A program made the position numbers and the translations under genes. From NCBI RefSeq assembly GCF_009914755.1, contig NC_060931.1: DNA of 64,000 bases. One strand, given 5' to 3'. Numbering within the stretch: the stretch's first letter is position 1; the number at the start of each line of letters is the position of its first letter. Below, in pieces: positions 1 through 13,328 of the stretch. The notes beneath the pieces are model-generated. The model was given only the letters and a program-made list of their open reading frames with translations, ran no database searches and had not been told where the DNA came from. The DNA comes from the human T2T-CHM13v2.0 reference genome, Homo sapiens.

Positions 1-1104
1 GAACAGTAAAAGCCAGTAGGGCCTCTTATGAGCAAGGACTGAAACAAATTCTGAGCTCAGGAGATGCCAATGGTGAGGTTTAGGTTCTGAGTGTTTTGAA
101 CGAAGACCTTGGAAGCTCTGGGTGGGATTCAGAAATGCTCTACTCAGAGCATTCAGATGAGATCTAGAAATGACCTCCTCCTCAAAGCCCTGTGTCCCTA
201 TGTGAAATAAGTGAGTTCTGTGCCCTCTCGTACCTTGCCTTGAGTGCCCCTTTCCCCTTCCAAGTACCATCCATCATCAGCTACACTGGGTCTCTCCATC
301 CCTGCGTCCTTTATCCCATGTTTATTGGGCTTTGGCCTCTGATGACTGTAAGCAAGCACACACCTGTGAAATAAGACGAATAATAGCCATAAACTCCAAA
401 GAAAGAAGATAATTAAGCTTGCTCTGTCACATATTCCATAAGCTCCTTGAAAAGTCAGTGTCTTCCCTTTTACTATTACTTTGGAACACAGATAGCTGTA
501 CTAAAGATGTGCAGTCCTAGGGTAAAAACAGAGGTTGTTAGTTGATGTAGCAAAATAAAATCCCCTTTATGGAGCTCATGCAAATGTGTTGGATCCTTTG
601 CTTTTTTGAAACATAGGCAGGAAATGAAGATATATACAGCCTCGATGTGAGTGACAACAGGCAGCAAAAGGGTTAATGGAACGGTAGAGCTGAGTCTACT
701 TCTGGGACAGATGGTTCAGGTTAGTGACTTGTTCTCACAGCACAGGCCAGAATGACCTACTAATCACTGTAGGCAACATGAATGGAGAATATAAATGTGC
801 TACATAGGAGATTTATGTCAAAGTGTGAACATTCCAGTTAAGTCAAGCATAACATTTAAATTAATGACCAAAAATACATTAAAGAGTGCTGCTAAACCTG
901 AACATGGAAAAGCAATTAGGTTCAAGGCCAGTTGAAAAATCAAGGCCAAGGATGGTTTTTCTTCCCTTCACTCTAGCAGGAAACCTGCCCCGGTTTTCTC
1001 TGACTCCCCAAATTAAAGCCTGTGGATGCTGAAGTACCTGGGAATAGTTTGGGGATTAGGGATTTCATGTGCAAGTTACATTATATTCCATTTTGTTTGT
1101 ATGA

Positions 1105-1490
1105 TTGTTGTTTTCACTGAGGTATCCTTTACATACAAGAAAATGCATGGACCTTACTTGCTTAGTTAAATGAGTTTTGATAATTGCATCCACCCATGCA
1201 GGCTCCATCAATACAGAAAACATTTAATTATCTCTAAAAGATTCCTCTGTGTCCCTTTGCAGTCAGTCCCCTCCATCCAACCAGGTAATCTGTTTTTTTC
1301 CTGTTCTAGAACTTCACATAAATGGATTCATATTATATGTATTCTTTTGTGTCTGGCTTTTCTCATTCGGCATAATGTTTTTGAGGTTCATCCATGTTGT
1401 CGTGTATACAACAGTATAGTAGTTCCTTTCTGTTAATTTCCAAGCAGTGTTTCATCATAAAAATATGCTACATTTTGTTTATCTATGACC
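1105..1490 (-). mobile_element. Old L1M (L1MC/ME-like) 3' end fragment
   Basis: Resembles antisense L1M 3'UTR: 'aatgagttttgataattgcatccacccatg', 'cataatgtttttgaggttcatccatgttg'. Boundaries approximate. Confidence 0.7.
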
Positions 1491-1899
1491 ATTCCAACAT
1501 CCCAGTGGGCAGACATCACGGAGGTTCCTTGATTGGGTGTCTCTAGGGAAGCACCTTTGGCCACTGTTCTCTTTGGCCCTTGGCCACACCCCTGGGAGAT
1601 TCTTTCCTGTCCGTTATCTTCCTTGGCCACATCTGATGAGGAAGTTGAGGAATATACCTTTCTTCGGGGAGTTTCTCAGTCCCTGTATAGCTTATAGATG
1701 CTGGAGATCTAATGGGCTGCTTGATGTTTCCAACAGATAGGGATGTGTAGCTCCTTTGAAAATGCAGTCCCTCAGAAAAGGGAATGCTTCTTTTCTTTCT
1801 GCTTCCAGTCAGTTCCCTGTGCCAAAGTTTTTTCCAAGACAGACATCTTGAATCTAATTTATTTTGCTTTCTTGTTCCCTACACCCTTCTCTTTCAATT

Positions 1900-2410
1900 A
1901 AATCAGCCTTGATGTGAGGGCATTCTGGCCTCCTTGGTGTTCTTTGCACGTACTCCTAGCCCAGGGCCTTTTGCACAGGCTGTTCCCTCTGCCTGAAGCA
2001 CTCTGTTCCCACCCAGAAAGCATCAAGCCTTCCTTCCTCCTCCTCCCCTGCCCCAGCACTCCTGTCTCCCTTACTCGCTTTCTGCATTTTCTTTTTCCCT
2101 AACACTTAGGACCTTTTACAAAATCTCAAAAGTGTTTGGTTTTCTTTATTTGGCCTTTCTGAGCATTTTGGGTGATGCCTACTGTAGCCATCGAGGGCAA
2201 GGTCAGCAGCATTGTGATGCTTGGGCCTGCTGCTGTAGAGGAGAATCTCTGTGTATGATGTATTGCTAATGTGCATCATTTATGTCTGACTCTGCCCCTA
2301 GAATGGAAGCCCTGTGACAGGCATCTTTATTTGGTTCAATAAAGTGGCCCAAGAACAGAGAAAGTGCCTAGCTTACTTGTAAAAGGTGCTCAAGTGTGAA
2401 TGAGTGAATT
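1900..2410 (+). mobile_element. L2 3' region fragments
   Basis: 'cagggccttttgcacaggctgttccctctgcctgaa' and terminal 'gtgcctagc...gtgctcaagtgtgaatgagtgaat' resemble the L2 3' end. Confidence 0.6.
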
Positions 2411-2769
2411 TTAAAGACTAAGAGTCCAGTAAAGAGAAGTAAAGAGAGCATTCAGTGTAGAGAAGAAGGCATGAGGAGACTAGAGTCTACAGGTTCTATC
2501 AATAGCTCTGTCTGTTCAATGAAAATTGGGAATCCAAGGTGGCAAGAAATCAGACTACAGGAGCGGGAAGAAGGCAACACTGAGGACCTTGTATGCTTTG
2601 CCTGTGTGTGAGCGTGGCCATCATAGAGCCTGAAATGTTAGAGATGAACATACTTAAAAACAATGCAGTTATGCTATAATTTTTCATGGATATATGTTTG
2701 CATTTACTTACTTATGCCTGGGTAATCTCAAGAATTTGAAGCAGCTTGTAATGTAAGAAGCAGGAAGGA

Positions 2770-3075
2770 GGCCGAAAGTGGTAGCTCATGCCTGTAATCC
2801 CAGCACTTTGGGAGGCTGAGGCAGGCCAATTACCTGAGGTCACAAGTTCAAGACCAGCCTGGCCAACATGGCAAAACCCCATCTCTACTAAAAATACAAA
2901 ATTTAGCAGGACATCATGGTGGGCACCTATAGTCCCAGCTATTCAGGAGGCTGAGGCATGAGAATCGCTTGTACTTGGGAGGCGGAAGTTGCAGTGAGCT
3001 GAGATCACGCCACTGGACTCCAGCCTGGGCAACAGAGTGAGACTCCATCTCAAAAATAAATAAATAAATAAAAAC
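2770..3075 (+). mobile_element. AluS (Sx/Sz-like), full length
   Basis: Dimeric Alu with linker 'tactaaaaatacaaaa' and (TAAA)n tail; degenerate TSD aagaagcaggaagga (2755-2769) / aagaagcgagaaaga (3076-3090). Confidence 0.95.
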
Positions 3076-3254
3076 AAGAAGCGAGAAAGAGCAAAATCTT
3101 TTTAATAGAAAAAGAAAAAACCTAGAGTAAGTTTTGGAACTAGAAGACAAATCAGAACTATATATCGAGTTATATAGTTTTAATTATCTGACAGTAAAAG
3201 ACCACACCAGTTTGATAAGAAACAGACCTATTTATTTTTGTTTTTCTATTAAGG

Positions 3255-3550
3255 CAACATTTATTCATTTGTTCAATGAATATTTACTGAACTTTCAAAG
3301 CATTAGAGGTAGTGATCTGGACTTAGGACATAGCAATAAACAAAGAGTTCCTTAATGCACATATACGCTACTGGGGGAGTGAAGTAGATGGAGGTGGGGA
3401 AGCGTGGCAGGGATGGGGATGTGATGCATTTTATGCAAGGTCATAAGTTGTGGTCTCTACACTGCACAGAGACCCAATGGATGAGAGGGATTAAGCTGTC
3501 CAATATCTGAAGAAAGAGTGTCCCAGGGAGAAGTCCTAAGTGCTAAGCAC
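3255..3550 (-). mobile_element. L2 fragment
   Basis: 'atttattcatttgttcaatgaatatttactga' is the antisense L2 3' terminus. Confidence 0.6.
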
Positions 3551-3559
3551 AAAATCTCA

Positions 3560-3860
3560 AAATCTCCAACAGGAAGGTGTGTTTCTTTGTTGATTTCATA
3601 TTACATATGGGTCATAGGTGTGCAGTGACTCTGCTGCACATCCTTCACCTTCTAGGATCCAGGCAGAAGAAGCAGCCCCTGTCTGGGATATGTTTTTTTC
3701 GTTACAAAGGGAGCAGGGAATGCCAGAACTGCAGTGGCTCTTAAAGCTTCAGCTCAAGAGCTGCTCACATCACTTCCACTCACACGCTGTTGGCCAGACA
3801 AGTCACCTGGTCAAGCCAGCTGCTAGTGGTGTGGAGGAGGAAAATAAATAACCCTAAAGG
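3560..3860 (-). mobile_element. MLT1 (J/K-like) MaLR LTR fragment
   Basis: 'ggatccaggcagaagaagcagcccctgtctggga...catcacttccactcac...ttggccagacaagtcac' resembles antisense old MLT1. Confidence 0.6.
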
Positions 3861-4164
3861 AAGAGAGGAGGAGCACAAAATTGGAAACTATATGACAAGG
3901 CGCTGTGTCCAACAGTCATTGCATTAACGATACACTACAGAAGTATTTGACTTAGGTGATTCTTTCCAACACTGAGATTCTAGAATTCTATTAGGTGAAC
4001 CCATTAGATCACATGGTCTATTCATGTGGTTTTTCAGAACACACACATTAACAATTTCTAACCATAGAATTCAAATGATAAATGTAAAAATGGGTAACGA
4101 ATATATGGGCCAATTGGAGACGGTTTAAAATAGCAAATTAGGGCATACGAAAGAATGAATTCAT

Positions 4165-4380
4165 TAATGTAACATTCAGGACAAGGCAAAAGTAGAGGGA
4201 TGACAAGCAGATCAGTGGTTGCTGAAGTGGGGGACAGGTGAATTTAAAGGAGTACAAGGGAATTTGGGGGCTGATGCAACTGTTCTCTGTCTAGATCGTG
4301 GTGATGGTTCACTATTTGTGTTTGTCAAATTTGTACAAAAAGGGGGAATTTTATGGTATACAAAATATGTTTCAGTTTTT
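4165..4380 (+). mobile_element. Old L1M 3'UTR fragment
   Basis: 'gcagatcagtggttgc...tttgggggctgatgcaactgttctctgtctagatcgtggtgatggtt'. Confidence 0.6.
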
Positions 4381-6284
4381 CCCCAAAAGGAGAAAATATA
4401 AGTGAATGCTCTAGGGCTTCACAAAATACCAACTTTCTTTAAAACATAAAAAAAGTTTAAATACAAAACTGCTAATGAAATTGAAACTAGGAAAATCTTT
4501 ATGGAAATGGGAGACTCAGGTTCCCCATTAAACAGTGTTGTTTGCTCAGTTTCTCAGATACAGAAGCTGACAGTAAAATAATCAAGACTTCAGATGCCTG
4601 TAATTTGATCCCAATTGTTTAAAGGAAGCCCCCTCCCCACCCACACACACACCCACAGAGAGAGGGAGGAAATGATAAAAGATAAATACTGTATATAACA
4701 AAGTATTACTGGTAGGTGCCAGACAATGAGAAATTCTTATATTAATAGGTTTTATTTTGAAATCCGAATACTTTCTATTCATTAAGGTGGAAGGCCATAT
4801 CCACAACATAATTACTAGTGTTGCCAAGGTTCGGTTTATGGGTCTGCTGTCTTGACCTTCTAACCACCTTCTTTAAAAAAGCAACTCTCAACACAAAGTG
4901 CATTAATTCTCAGATTAAAAAGAATACAACCGCAAAGCAATTCTATGCATTCATTATGTATGAACAGTATTTAATATTAATAAAATTGTCTTTAAATGTG
5001 CTTGATTTTGTTGATCGAAGGAGAAATTGCTGGCAGGGAGTGGGTGGGTGGGGATGGAAATATGTGCTAAACCTTCTGGTACCATTCTTGAGGAAGACAA
5101 GTAGGTGGCCAGATGCACCACTTTTTCTTGTGATTTAATTTTGTGCTATTCTAGTGATGACCACACTCAGAAAGTTGCATCTCCGCTGACATCATGAACT
5201 TGACAGCAGAGATCCGTTACCACTCACAGAAAAGGGCCATGCAGTACCTGCCACAGAAATGAGAAGAAAGGACTTTGGTTCTTAGTATGCAATGATACGT
5301 GGCTTGCTGTCACAAAGCTCAATATTGAAAATACCTAGTGCATAAATTCATATTCACAGTGTTATTGAGAAGAGCTTCACAAGACACGCCATACAATAAT
5401 ACCAAATCCACCATAAAGAAGTTATGAAAAGTAGTTGCAATGTGTCTTACTTTGGCAGTTTTTCAAACCTCTGTATCTCTGAGGCTTTAGACTTTTTATT
5501 TAAAATACCTGGAGAGCCTGTTCTGTAGTACATTATCCTTGAAGCGGGTGTCACTGAGGCACTGGGGCATGGATTAAACTGGAAGCACATGAATGAGGAG
5601 TATGACTAGTATACTGCGTATTTAAGAGATACTGTCAATGGAATAAAGCATTGTCAAAGGATAATGGTTTCCAGCTGCCACATAAATGTCAAAGCAAAGC
5701 CAAAGCATTTATTTTCAAAGCAAAATGCAGGAAAGTAATGTGATCCCCAGTTTGCACATAATAAGGCTGTAAATCAGGGCTTCTGATGGAACCTAGCAAT
5801 GATTCTACACTAGGATGTGCAAACTAGATTAGATTCCAAGCCAGCCATCCGAGTTGGCAAAAGTGAGTAGCTCTTTTCCAAGATGGCTGCCACTAGACTG
5901 TCACTGATGCCTAAAAAAGGAAAAGACTGTGTTTGAAATTCACAATCTCACTCCATTACCATGGATGGAAGGGAAGCAGGTTTACTTGCTCACTTCTCTT
6001 CTGGAACCAAAATTCAGAGAATTTCTCCATCTGAGGGAAGTGTGGGGACAGAGAGTGGGGGGGTTATTGAAAATAAGAAAATCGGAGACAGTTCCCAATT
6101 ATTCTTGGCCCACTGTTTAGAGAATGGAGAGCTAATGCTCTCCAAGAAAACCGTATCTTCTCTTACGTGTGTAATTCTTGCAGGGTAGATTCCTAGTGAG
6201 AGGTCACAGCTATTATTTCTCAGCTCCCTCTCGGGAAAAGCTAAACTTCATTTCCTCCTATGAATTGTGCCCAAAGATTGGTTG

Positions 6285-6740
6285 ATCGATTTCACAAATA
6301 CTTACTAAGCATCTGCTATTTGCCAGGCACTATAGTAGGCACTCCAATCTAGTTAGGAAACCATTGCAGGAATCCAAGGAGAAGAGGTCCTGGTGGCAAT
6401 GATGGAGAGCAGGGGACTGATTTAGGAGGCGTTAACAAGGTGGGTTTGATAAGACTTGGTGATGGGTTAAATGTAGAGGGATAAGAGGAAAGAGAGAGGA
6501 GATCCCTACTTTAAGCTGACCATGATTCGTTCAAATTTGCTGTAGAATACTGAGATGGAGATACCACTAGCCAGTTAGTAATACCTAGATCTAGAACTCA
6601 GAAAAAGATTTATACTAGAGAAAACCAGTGACTGAAGAAACCATGACTGAAGCTAGGGAGGGAAGAGATTTCTGGGGGAGAAGAGGTTAGGGAAGGAGCA
6701 CCATTCTTCAAGCCCTGGAAGAGGAAGGGACAGGCACAAT
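6285..6740 (-). mobile_element. L2 fragment
   Basis: 'acaaatacttactaagcatctgctatttgccaggcactatagtaggc' followed by a purine-rich L2-like body. Confidence 0.55.
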
Positions 6741-8329
6741 GGAGGCTAAGGAAGCGTTTTCAACTTGTCTAATCGTTGTGCACCAGGTTATGTGGGGCTC
6801 CTGTAGATACCTCTTGCGTTTGAATTCTCTTTCATGGACATAATCTCCGCATTAATGTGGGTCTTTTTGATTGTTGCTTACCCCTTATTTAGCCGGAATG
6901 CAACAAGAAGGAGCCCCCCAAAAAAGTATGTCAGTTTGCTTTTTAATCTTCTAAGGATTTGCCAGGTTTCCATGTATAAAGAAGCTATTTTAAGAGCGTC
7001 TACATAAAAGTTTCAACAGTGTTTGCTCTTTTGCTGAAAAGTAACTCAACTGAATTAAATCTATTATTTAAAAAACGTAGTTGTAGCCTTAAAATCTGAA
7101 AATGAAAATGTTTGAGTCCTTTTTTCCCTTCCTTTCTTCTTTTTAAAGAACCTTTGGGTCATGCCTGCTGTCCTCATGTAGGGCAGTGGAAATGGCACCA
7201 TTATGTTTAGATCTGGTGCTATAGGGAAGGATATTTGTGCTTGTAAAAACTGTGGTTTAAATAACACAGTTTTAATTTTCTGAAACAATTTCCCTTGAAA
7301 ACTATATTTTATTAATATTGTAAGCAAACGTAATCTCTGAAAAATACTTGGCTCCACGTTAACCTTTTACTTTGGTTTAGTGTTATCTCCTCCCAACTGT
7401 GCTTACCAAGTTTATAGCCAAAACTAAAAAAATAAAAAAGAACACAGTATGTTTGTCATTTGTCACTGGATTAGGATTAGCGCAAATATACAGGTCCATT
7501 AACACATTTTTATGCATCTCAGTTCCCTTGTGTGGCATTATTTTAGAAATTCTTAGCAGAACATATATATATATACAACATTTGACATAAGATAATTTGA
7601 TTTTGCTGTGCTTGGAAAATAACTCACACGGGAGAAAGTTGCATTAAATAAATAATAGAGATAAAATTTATACTTCCATATATTTCAAAGTTAATGCTGC
7701 TAACTTGCAATAGAATGGTAACATGAAGACACAGTGCTATAATTTGATTGATTTGTTTTGACAGCAGCCAAATAATTGAGAGTGAAAGGTGTCAGCACAG
7801 ATGAAATATTGTATAAGCCACATTCAGAAGGCAACCCCAGCAGCAGCCGCGACTGGAGTTTTATTTCCTTTGATTTGGTTCTGTTACTCACTTCCAGTTT
7901 ATTATGAAACCGTGAAAGGTGTGCCACTTCCCCAACTAGGGAGACTTTTATGGAAAGAATAGAAATAGGAGTTTGTCAAATAGCTGAACAATGGTTATAG
8001 ACAAAAGAATCTAAGATGGCAGTAGCATACCAAGCTAAATTATATCAGTCTCTCTCTTTCTTTTGCAACTTGATGCCCTAGTACATTTTGTCTCATTGTG
8101 AAGTGATTCTGAGTCAAAGCATTTTCCAGCCCCTTGACAAGAGATGGGGGAAAAAGAGGGGTGTACTTGGCACCATCTCTGGGACCAGATAAGGCATTTA
8201 TGCAACCGAAAACCCGAGCACCTGGTAAGAATAAGATCTGAGATGTTTAGTTAATACAGAAGCTACATGGTCAGGAGAGGATCAGTTAGGACAAAGACTC
8301 TGCACTCAGGCAAACATGGATCATGGTAA

Positions 8330-8545
8330 TTAATAGAGTGGCCTGTGAATCACACTGACCAGATTTACTTCCAGCCCTTCTGCTTGCTGGCTATGTAGCC
8401 TAGACAAGGCACTCTGATTTCTGAGATTTGCTTTGCTTGTCTATTTTTTAGGGTTGTTTTAAAAGTTAAATGTGATACTATATGGAACATACCTAGCATG
8501 GTGCCTGATACTTAGTAAGTGCACAATGAATGATGGCTACTTTTG
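8330..8545 (+). mobile_element. MIR
   Basis: 3' end 'cctagcatggtgcctgatacttagtaagtgcacaatgaatgatggcta'. Confidence 0.65.
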
Positions 8546-8555
8546 TTATTTAGAG

Positions 8556-8854
8556 CTGCAAAATCCAATATGGTAGCCATGAGCCACACATGGCTATTGG
8601 GCATTTAAAATGTGGATAATTGAAACTGAGATATGCTGTAAGTGTAAAATTCACACAAATGCAAAATATCTCATGAATATTTATATATTGATAATGTGTT
8701 GAAATGATATTTTGGATATATTGAGTTAAATACAATATCTTATTAAAAATAATTTCAGCTTTAAATTTTTTTAAAATATGGACACCAGAAAATTTTAAAT
8801 TGCATGGGTGGCTCCCATTTGCAGCTTACATTATGTTTCTCTTGGGCAACACAG
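8556..8854 (+). mobile_element. MER33 (hAT-Charlie MITE)
   Basis: 'ctgcaaaatccaatatggtagcc...gagatatgctgtaagtgtaaaat...ttgggcaacacag'; flanks atttagag / gcctagag resemble an 8-bp hAT TSD. Confidence 0.85.
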
Positions 8855-9065
8855 GCCTAGAGGATCTGCCTATACAAATGGCACTGGTTAAAAGCTATGT
8901 TCATTAAAAATAAAAATAACAGGTACATGTAAATTGTGGACCTTCAAGCAGAAAATCACAAAGGATCCACTTTGGTAACACAAATTAGAGACAACACATT
9001 TTGTAGGCTCTCTGCCATAGTATAGGAACTACTTGGGATGCAGTTTTATGCGCAATTTCCATTGA

Positions 9066-9393
<328 letters not shown>

Positions 9394-10094
9394 TAAAAAT
9401 GATCTTGTCTTTTTAAAAATTAGTACGCTTTTTACTGTGAAATATAGAGAAATTATGTGCTTCAACTGTATTTGTAATATTTTACAAAAACAATATAAAG
9501 CAAGAAGGACAAAATGTTAGAATTTGTGAGAACAGTGTGATGAGTACACAGGCCCTCTGTATGTTATTCATTATAGTTGTCTTTATGGTTTAAATATTTT
9601 AAAATAAAAAACATTAAAACGTTTTAAAATGCTCCTTAAGAATTATCCTTCTATATCCTTAATAAATTAACAAATAAGCTATATTTTTTTCTGGGATTAA
9701 AAAAAAGTCTTAACTCATTTGCAATCTCTGTTAGTTACTTATTTTCACCACCAAAAGTTAGCTGAATAAAAGCCTAGGCATCCACACAGAATTTGGTTTG
9801 TTTAAAAAGAACCATAGGCAATGCTGTCACTAAAGAATGTTTCAGAGGGAATGCTAGACCACAACATCAGACATATTTGCAAGGGGCCTGTTGCTTTCTT
9901 TTGCTAAAAGCTTCCAATAATTCCACAAAGGGTATTTGCAGATTTCTGAAAGTTCCAGAAAAAAAATTAAATGAACTACCAAATTCAGTTGAATGCTTGA
10001 AAATTTTAGGAGTTATCTATTTGCTAAGGATCCATTATTCAGTCTGGTCTAGTTAGAGAAGTTGACAAAAGGAAGAGAAGAGACTTTCCATGGC

Positions 10095-10862
10095 AAAATT
10101 GGAGTAAAATATACCTAACATAAAATTTATCATCTTAACCATTTTTAAGTGTACAGTTCTGTGGCACCAAGTACATTTACATTTCTGTGCAATCATCATC
10201 ACCATCCATCTCTCTAGAACTTTTTCATCCTCCCCAGCTGAAACTCTGTACCCATTAAAACACAACTCCCCATCCCCCTCCCCCAGTCCCTGGCAACCAC
10301 CATTCTACTTTCTGTCTCTATGAATTTGACCACTCTGGGTACCTCATAGAAGTGGAATCATATAGTATTCGTCCTTTTGTAACTGGCTTGTTTTGCTTAG
10401 CATAATGTTTTCAAGGTTCATTCATGTTGTAGCATATGTCAGAATTGTCTTCTTTTTGAAGACTAAATAATATTCCATTGTATGTATAGCTACTCATCTG
10501 TGGAATGGACACTTGTGTTGTTTCCACTATTTGACTATTGTGGATGATGCTGCTACAAACATGGGTGTAGAAATATCTATTTGTATCAGCTTTCAATTGT
10601 TTGGGGTATATACCCAGAAGAGGAATGCTAGATCATACGGTAATTCTACATCTAATCATTTGGCGAGTTGCCATACTATTTTCCATAGCAGCTGTGCCAT
10701 TTTACATTCCCACCAACAGTGCACAAGGATGCCAGTTTCTCCACATCCTTAACAACATTTACAATTTTCTGAAGTTTTTTGGTTTGTTTTGGAGGCTTCT
10801 TGTTTTGTTTTGTTTTATAGTAGCTATCCTGTTGGGTGTGAAGTGATATCTCATTATGGTTG
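10095..10862 (-). mobile_element. L1MB-like 3' end
   Basis: 'aacataaaatttatcatcttaaccatttttaagtgtacagttc', 'cattcccaccaacagtgcacaagg'. Confidence 0.85.
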
Positions 10863-12887
10863 AAGGAGCATTTTTGAGAGAACAGTTACTTACTGACTTC
10901 TCCTAATATGGCTTAATCACATTCAAGTATGATATCAAATATTAAAATAACCTGAGGAGAAGGCACGCTTCAGAAGTTGTGTTACTTCTGCTTTGTGCCC
11001 TTCAAATTGTAAATATCATCATTACGGTATTTATATAATTGCAGTTGGATTTACACTTTAGGTATATACAACTGTGTTATATATGCAGGTGGATACTCAC
11101 GTGAAAGAACATTTCTTTTTACCATGAAAGAAATTCTTGCAATGCAAATCCTCTTTTTCTATTGAACTCCAATACAGTTAAAGGCTACACTGGACAACAA
11201 ATAAAATACTTAGAGATTTGAGGAAATTTTTCCTTAAAGATTTTCAAGTTGTGACTTGCTCAGTAAAATCCTGACTGTTGGAATTCAACAGAGGACCTAA
11301 ACAATCATCCTGTTTTTCTTTGCAGCATTTTTCCCCAACCTTGAAATCTTCCCTACCTTTGAGAGCTATCTAAATCCCTTCCTGAATCACAAGAATTTCT
11401 TCCATGCCAGAGTATTGCCTTATTTTCTGCTTTGAATGTCAAGAACGTGTCTGCCATATTCATGCTTTAGCCTAGTGGGAGCTACTCTCTCATCAGTTTG
11501 AAGTATAATGTTTACTTTTCTAGTAAATTTTCTATTCTAACTCTTGTTTTACTCTAGCCTTAATTTTTGTAGTTAAAGCCTTCAAGTTATAGTAACAAAA
11601 TTAAGTTGGTTCTTCACTTGAGCACTTCTATCCAATCCTATATATCTATTAGACATTTTTGGTGTATTTTGTGTTTAGAGTTTTCACATGCAATAGATGA
11701 TTTTGTTTAAGTCAAGTGTGATGTGCAGTTAGTAGAGCTGCACTTCACCAGCAAGCGTTTGACATTTATATCATCTGTACAGGCTGCCCCATACTCTAGC
11801 CACAAATAGAATGCAGGATAAGGTAGCCAGGTCACCTCAAAAGAAAAGAATTGGTGTACAAAAGCCCCTCAAAATCATAAAGTCACTGGTGCTCATAAAA
11901 TGATATTGCATACTTTTTCAGGAGATTAATGAATGGGTCATAAAATAACATTAATTTTTTGGCCAACTTCCAGCCAGAAAGTTGTGTGTTTCCTAGGTAG
12001 TACTTTTCCAACTGCGAAAGCCTGGCTCTGAGAATATTTGCATTTCAAATCATTAATGCTCTTGCATTTCTTCACTTAAAACCAAAAAAAAAAAAAAGAG
12101 GAAATAAAGCTATTGAAACCCCAAACTGCTCCAGCATTTCTGCCCAGGTTATGTCTTGGGCAGTTATGTCTTCTTAGCTAAATTCTCCAAGTCTTTGGAA
12201 ATGAGGATGAGGCAGTTGGAGCAGAATGCTACTGAGAGTTCAGTGGGTCCACGTTCAGGGGTTCCACTCCCTCAACACACATCTTAGAACCACCAATGAC
12301 TGCTTTACTTTACGCCAGTTAGCAAACTTGAAAATTTATTTATTGGTCAAAAGGGTGATAATATTATGAAATACAGGCAGAAAAAAAGCAAAAACAATCA
12401 CTGCTACTAGAAGAAAAACAATTACCCCACACCAGTTGATCAGCCTCATGAATGTCTGTAATGACTGACAGCACATTCATTCACACAGTGGGCACAGAAA
12501 AAGGACATGCCTATTTCCCACCACAGCTTTTCCAGAATTCTGGAGGGCCCCTCAGCAGATGTGACTGAGTCTGTAAGTGAAAGTTTCTCTCTGAAACCTG
12601 GGACAGCCTTGTCAGTGCTTGCCTCTTGAATGTTCCAGAATATCATATGACCATGTGATTTACTGATTTGCAGCCAGCTGCCAACTGTTTTTTAAGATGG
12701 AGAACTCCAACCACTTCTCACTTGAAATATTTCAATATTGTGTTCACATAGAAATACCATTTATGAATGAATTAAAAAACAAAAACCTCAAACCACTTTG
12801 AATTTCATAGACTCTTGGGAGAAATCAGGAATGTTATCAAACATAAACATCTATTTAATTCAAAATAGCATTAAAATAATAAACTTT

Positions 12888-12984
12888 CTTTTTTTTTTGA
12901 GACAGTGTCTCACTCTGTCAACCAGGCTGGAGTGCAGTGGTGCCATCTTGGCTCACTTCAACCTCTGCCTCCTGGGTTCAAGTG
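12888..12984 (-). mobile_element. 5'-truncated Alu (3' part of right arm) with TSD
   Basis: Poly-T + 'gagacagtgtctcactctgtc...gggttcaagtg'; TSD taaaataataaacttt (12872-12887) / taaaataataagcttt (12985-13000). Confidence 0.9.
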
Positions 12985-13134
12985 TAAAATAATAAGCTTT
13001 TAATTAAGGAGCTAAAGCTCGAAAAGAGGGCTGTTTTATAATACATTTTTTTTGGTTCCTAACTGCCCAACTTTCCCCTAACTTAAAGTTGTTTTAATCA
13101 GGCTATGTTGAACTCTCATAACAAAAGCACAAGA

Positions 13135-13328
13135 TTACCTTTTCTAACTGAATATTTCTGAAAAATTCTCAGTGTACTGGGGTTGAATTTCTTCATCCCC
13201 TACCAAAGGGAAACCTGGATTTCGAAGCATGTTACCTTTTCTGTCTGAATATTTCTGAAGAATTCTCAATGTACTGGGGTTGAATTTCTTCACCCCCCAC
13301 CAAAGGGAAACATGGATTTCAAAGCATG
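13135..13328. repeat. Tandem duplication, 2 x 97 bp
   Basis: 13135-13231 vs 13232-13328 align without gaps, about 8 substitutions. Confidence 0.95.

Noticed and set aside
13135-13328. Repeat-spacer (CRISPR-like) reading of this duplication or of the 47.7-kb anchors
   Set aside because: Eukaryotic context, no unique spacers, no cas genes; these are ordinary tandem repeats.
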